From Candidatus Cloacimonadota bacterium (GTDB lineage: Bacteria > Cloacimonadota > Cloacimonadia > Cloacimonadales > TCS61), in assembly GCA_027858325.1 (NCBI GenBank), contig JAQICU010000309.1:1-26949 (forward strand): 26,949 nt of DNA, written 5' to 3'. The notes beneath the pieces were generated by a model. It was not told the origin of the DNA. It ran no database searches and was given only the letters and a program-made list of their open reading frames with translations. How positions within the stretch are numbered: the first letter of the stretch is position 1; each line of letters begins with the position of its first letter. The position numbers and the translations under genes were made by a program. Shown in pieces: positions 25,641 to 26,949 of the stretch.

Positions 25641-26855
25641 TCAAAAAACTTGTTTATAGATCTTATTGTAAAGTTCTTTTTCTGATTCAGAAAACTTCAA
25701 ATCTCTTCGACTTTTCACAATATTTGCCGTCTCAATGAACTTATTTATTAGATATTTATTTGTTTCTGATCCTGTTCCAAAATGAAAGGAAGAGATGTGT
25801 TTCGTTATAATTCCTAATCCAAATAGATTGCATCCAACACCGATCACAGTTCCAGTATTGATTGTTGAGTTAATCCCTGTTTTTGTGTGATCTCCAATAA
25901 ATGTTCCAACAAATTGGCTTTGGGAATCTATCTCCTTCTTAGTAGGATAGAAATATACAGTAACAGTCTTGTAATTATTCTTCAGATCACTGTTATTTGT
26001 ATCTGCACCGAGGTTTACCCACTCACCAAGATAACTATGTCCCAGAAAACCATCATGCTGTTTATTTGAGAATCCCTGAAAAATCGTCTCTTCAACTTCA
26101 CCACCAACTTTACACATAGGTCCGATCGATGTTCCCTCATAAATCTTTGCACTTATCTTTATTGTTGAACCTTTGCCAATATAAGCAGGACCAATAATTA
26201 CTGCATTTGACATGATCGTTACATTCTCATCCAATACAACCGGTCCCTCAGTCGCATCAATAACAACACCGGGTTTCAATGTAGTTCCCTCACCTATCCA
26301 CACATTATACGGATTTATCACTGTTGTTCCCAACTCAGTTTCAAAATAATTATCTTTATCGTAGAATACTTCATTGAAATCACGTCTGATATATTCAGCA
26401 TTCTCCCCTACGAATTCCCATAAAAATTCCCAGCAATTTATTTCTGGATTCTCGATTCTTTTCAAATTGGGAAATAGGCTATTCAAATTTTCTGAAGTGA
26501 TTTTCTTTTTATCAGGTATACACCTTGCTGCGAGAATTGTTTCAGCTTTCACCAAACATTCATCTCTCTGTAAATTTAAAATTGCTTTCTTTGCTTTTGA
26601 ATCGATCTTGATCCGACTATTTATAAAGATAGTTTCATCTTTTGTGACTTCATTCACTTTCCAATTTTTGTGCCTTTCTTTGTAAATAGCTTCCAGATTA
26701 GATGATACTACAATATTAGTCTCAGTTATCTCAAAATAATTTGAAATTCTTTGTCGTAATTTTAGAATTCCAACCCGTAGATCACCTATAGCACGTGTTA
26801 AAGTGATAGGGAAGAAATTATTCCACTTCTCGTCATCAAAAGTAACAAAGTTCAT
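25641..26855 (-). CDS. GlmU-like putative sugar nucleotidyltransferase with hexapeptide-repeat acyltransferase domain
   Basis: FPITLTRAIGDLRVGIL, GPVVL, KVGGEV, NKQHDGFLGHSYLGEWVNLGADTNNSDLKNNY motifs; start at ATG 26855 after GGAGAG. Confidence 0.88.
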   Translation of the reverse strand: MNFVTFDDEKWNNFFPITLTRAIGDLRVGILKLRQRISNYFEITETNIVVSSNLEAIYKERHKNWKVNEVTKDETIFINSRIKIDSKAKKAILNLQRDECLVKAETILAARCIPDKKKITSENLNSLFPNLKRIENPEINCWEFLWEFVGENAEYIRRDFNEVFYDKDNYFETELGTTVINPYNVWIGEGTTLKPGVVIDATEGPVVLDENVTIMSNAVIIGPAYIGKGSTIKISAKIYEGTSIGPMCKVGGEVEETIFQGFSNKQHDGFLGHSYLGEWVNLGADTNNSDLKNNYKTVTVYFYPTKKEIDSQSQFVGTFIGDHTKTGINSTINTGTVIGVGCNLFGLGIITKHISSFHFGTGSETNKYLINKFIETANIVKSRRDLKFSESEKELYNKIYKQVF

Positions 26856-26949
26856 CTTCTCTCCCATTTATTTTTGAAGATCAATTATTTTTGGCTGCAT
26901 TTATTTGAACTTTGGGATTTTGATATCTAGATTTTTGTTTAGATTTGTT

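Noticed and set aside
1191-26685. The many 60-130 aa ORFs antisense to or frame-shifted within long genes (e.g. 1385-1732, 6254-6526, 17451-17759, 22023-22412, 26374-26685)
   Set aside because: They fully overlap well-supported CDSs, have no motifs or SD, and are typical shadow ORFs.
26868-26949. 3' end of an upstream minus-strand gene
   Set aside because: More than one short frame is open to the window edge; it cannot be assigned.

Overview
AT-rich bacterial chromosomal window. Several exported proteins end in a 'YPNPFNP...KKMILxK' FlgD-Ig/T9SS-type-A-like C-terminal domain (CTD). By inference this points to Cloacimonadota or another FCB-group anaerobe. The main signal is hidden by the ORF track: three genes contain an in-frame TGA at a Cys-equivalent redox position, each followed by a hairpin whose loop starts exactly 17 nt after the TGA (SECIS-like). 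Two of them (2553-4220, 10843-12807) are signal-peptide-bearing UxxC thioredoxin-like selenoproteins fused to large extracellular modules and a CTD. They flank a TrmB regulator and a DsbD / Omp28-like CxxC lipoprotein / TlpA / Cys-bearing outer-membrane barrel / CTD-cargo cluster. An M6 metalloprotease follows and shares a duplicated ~500-aa tail with the second selenoprotein. Together these suggest an extracytoplasmic thiol/selenol relay with modular secreted cargo. The third TGA gene (17089-17919, tandem C_GCAxxG_C_C family) also carries a premature TAA. A second in-frame TAA splits thyX, and rlmN lacks a canonical start codon. The rest comprises tRNA-Phe, a palindromic tandem repeat, an FAD oxidoreductase, MoaD/ThiF, HlyIII, tungsten AOR, DeoC with a Cys4 tail, PSP1 and a GlmU-like gene. 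All calls come from reading the sequence; no searches were run.
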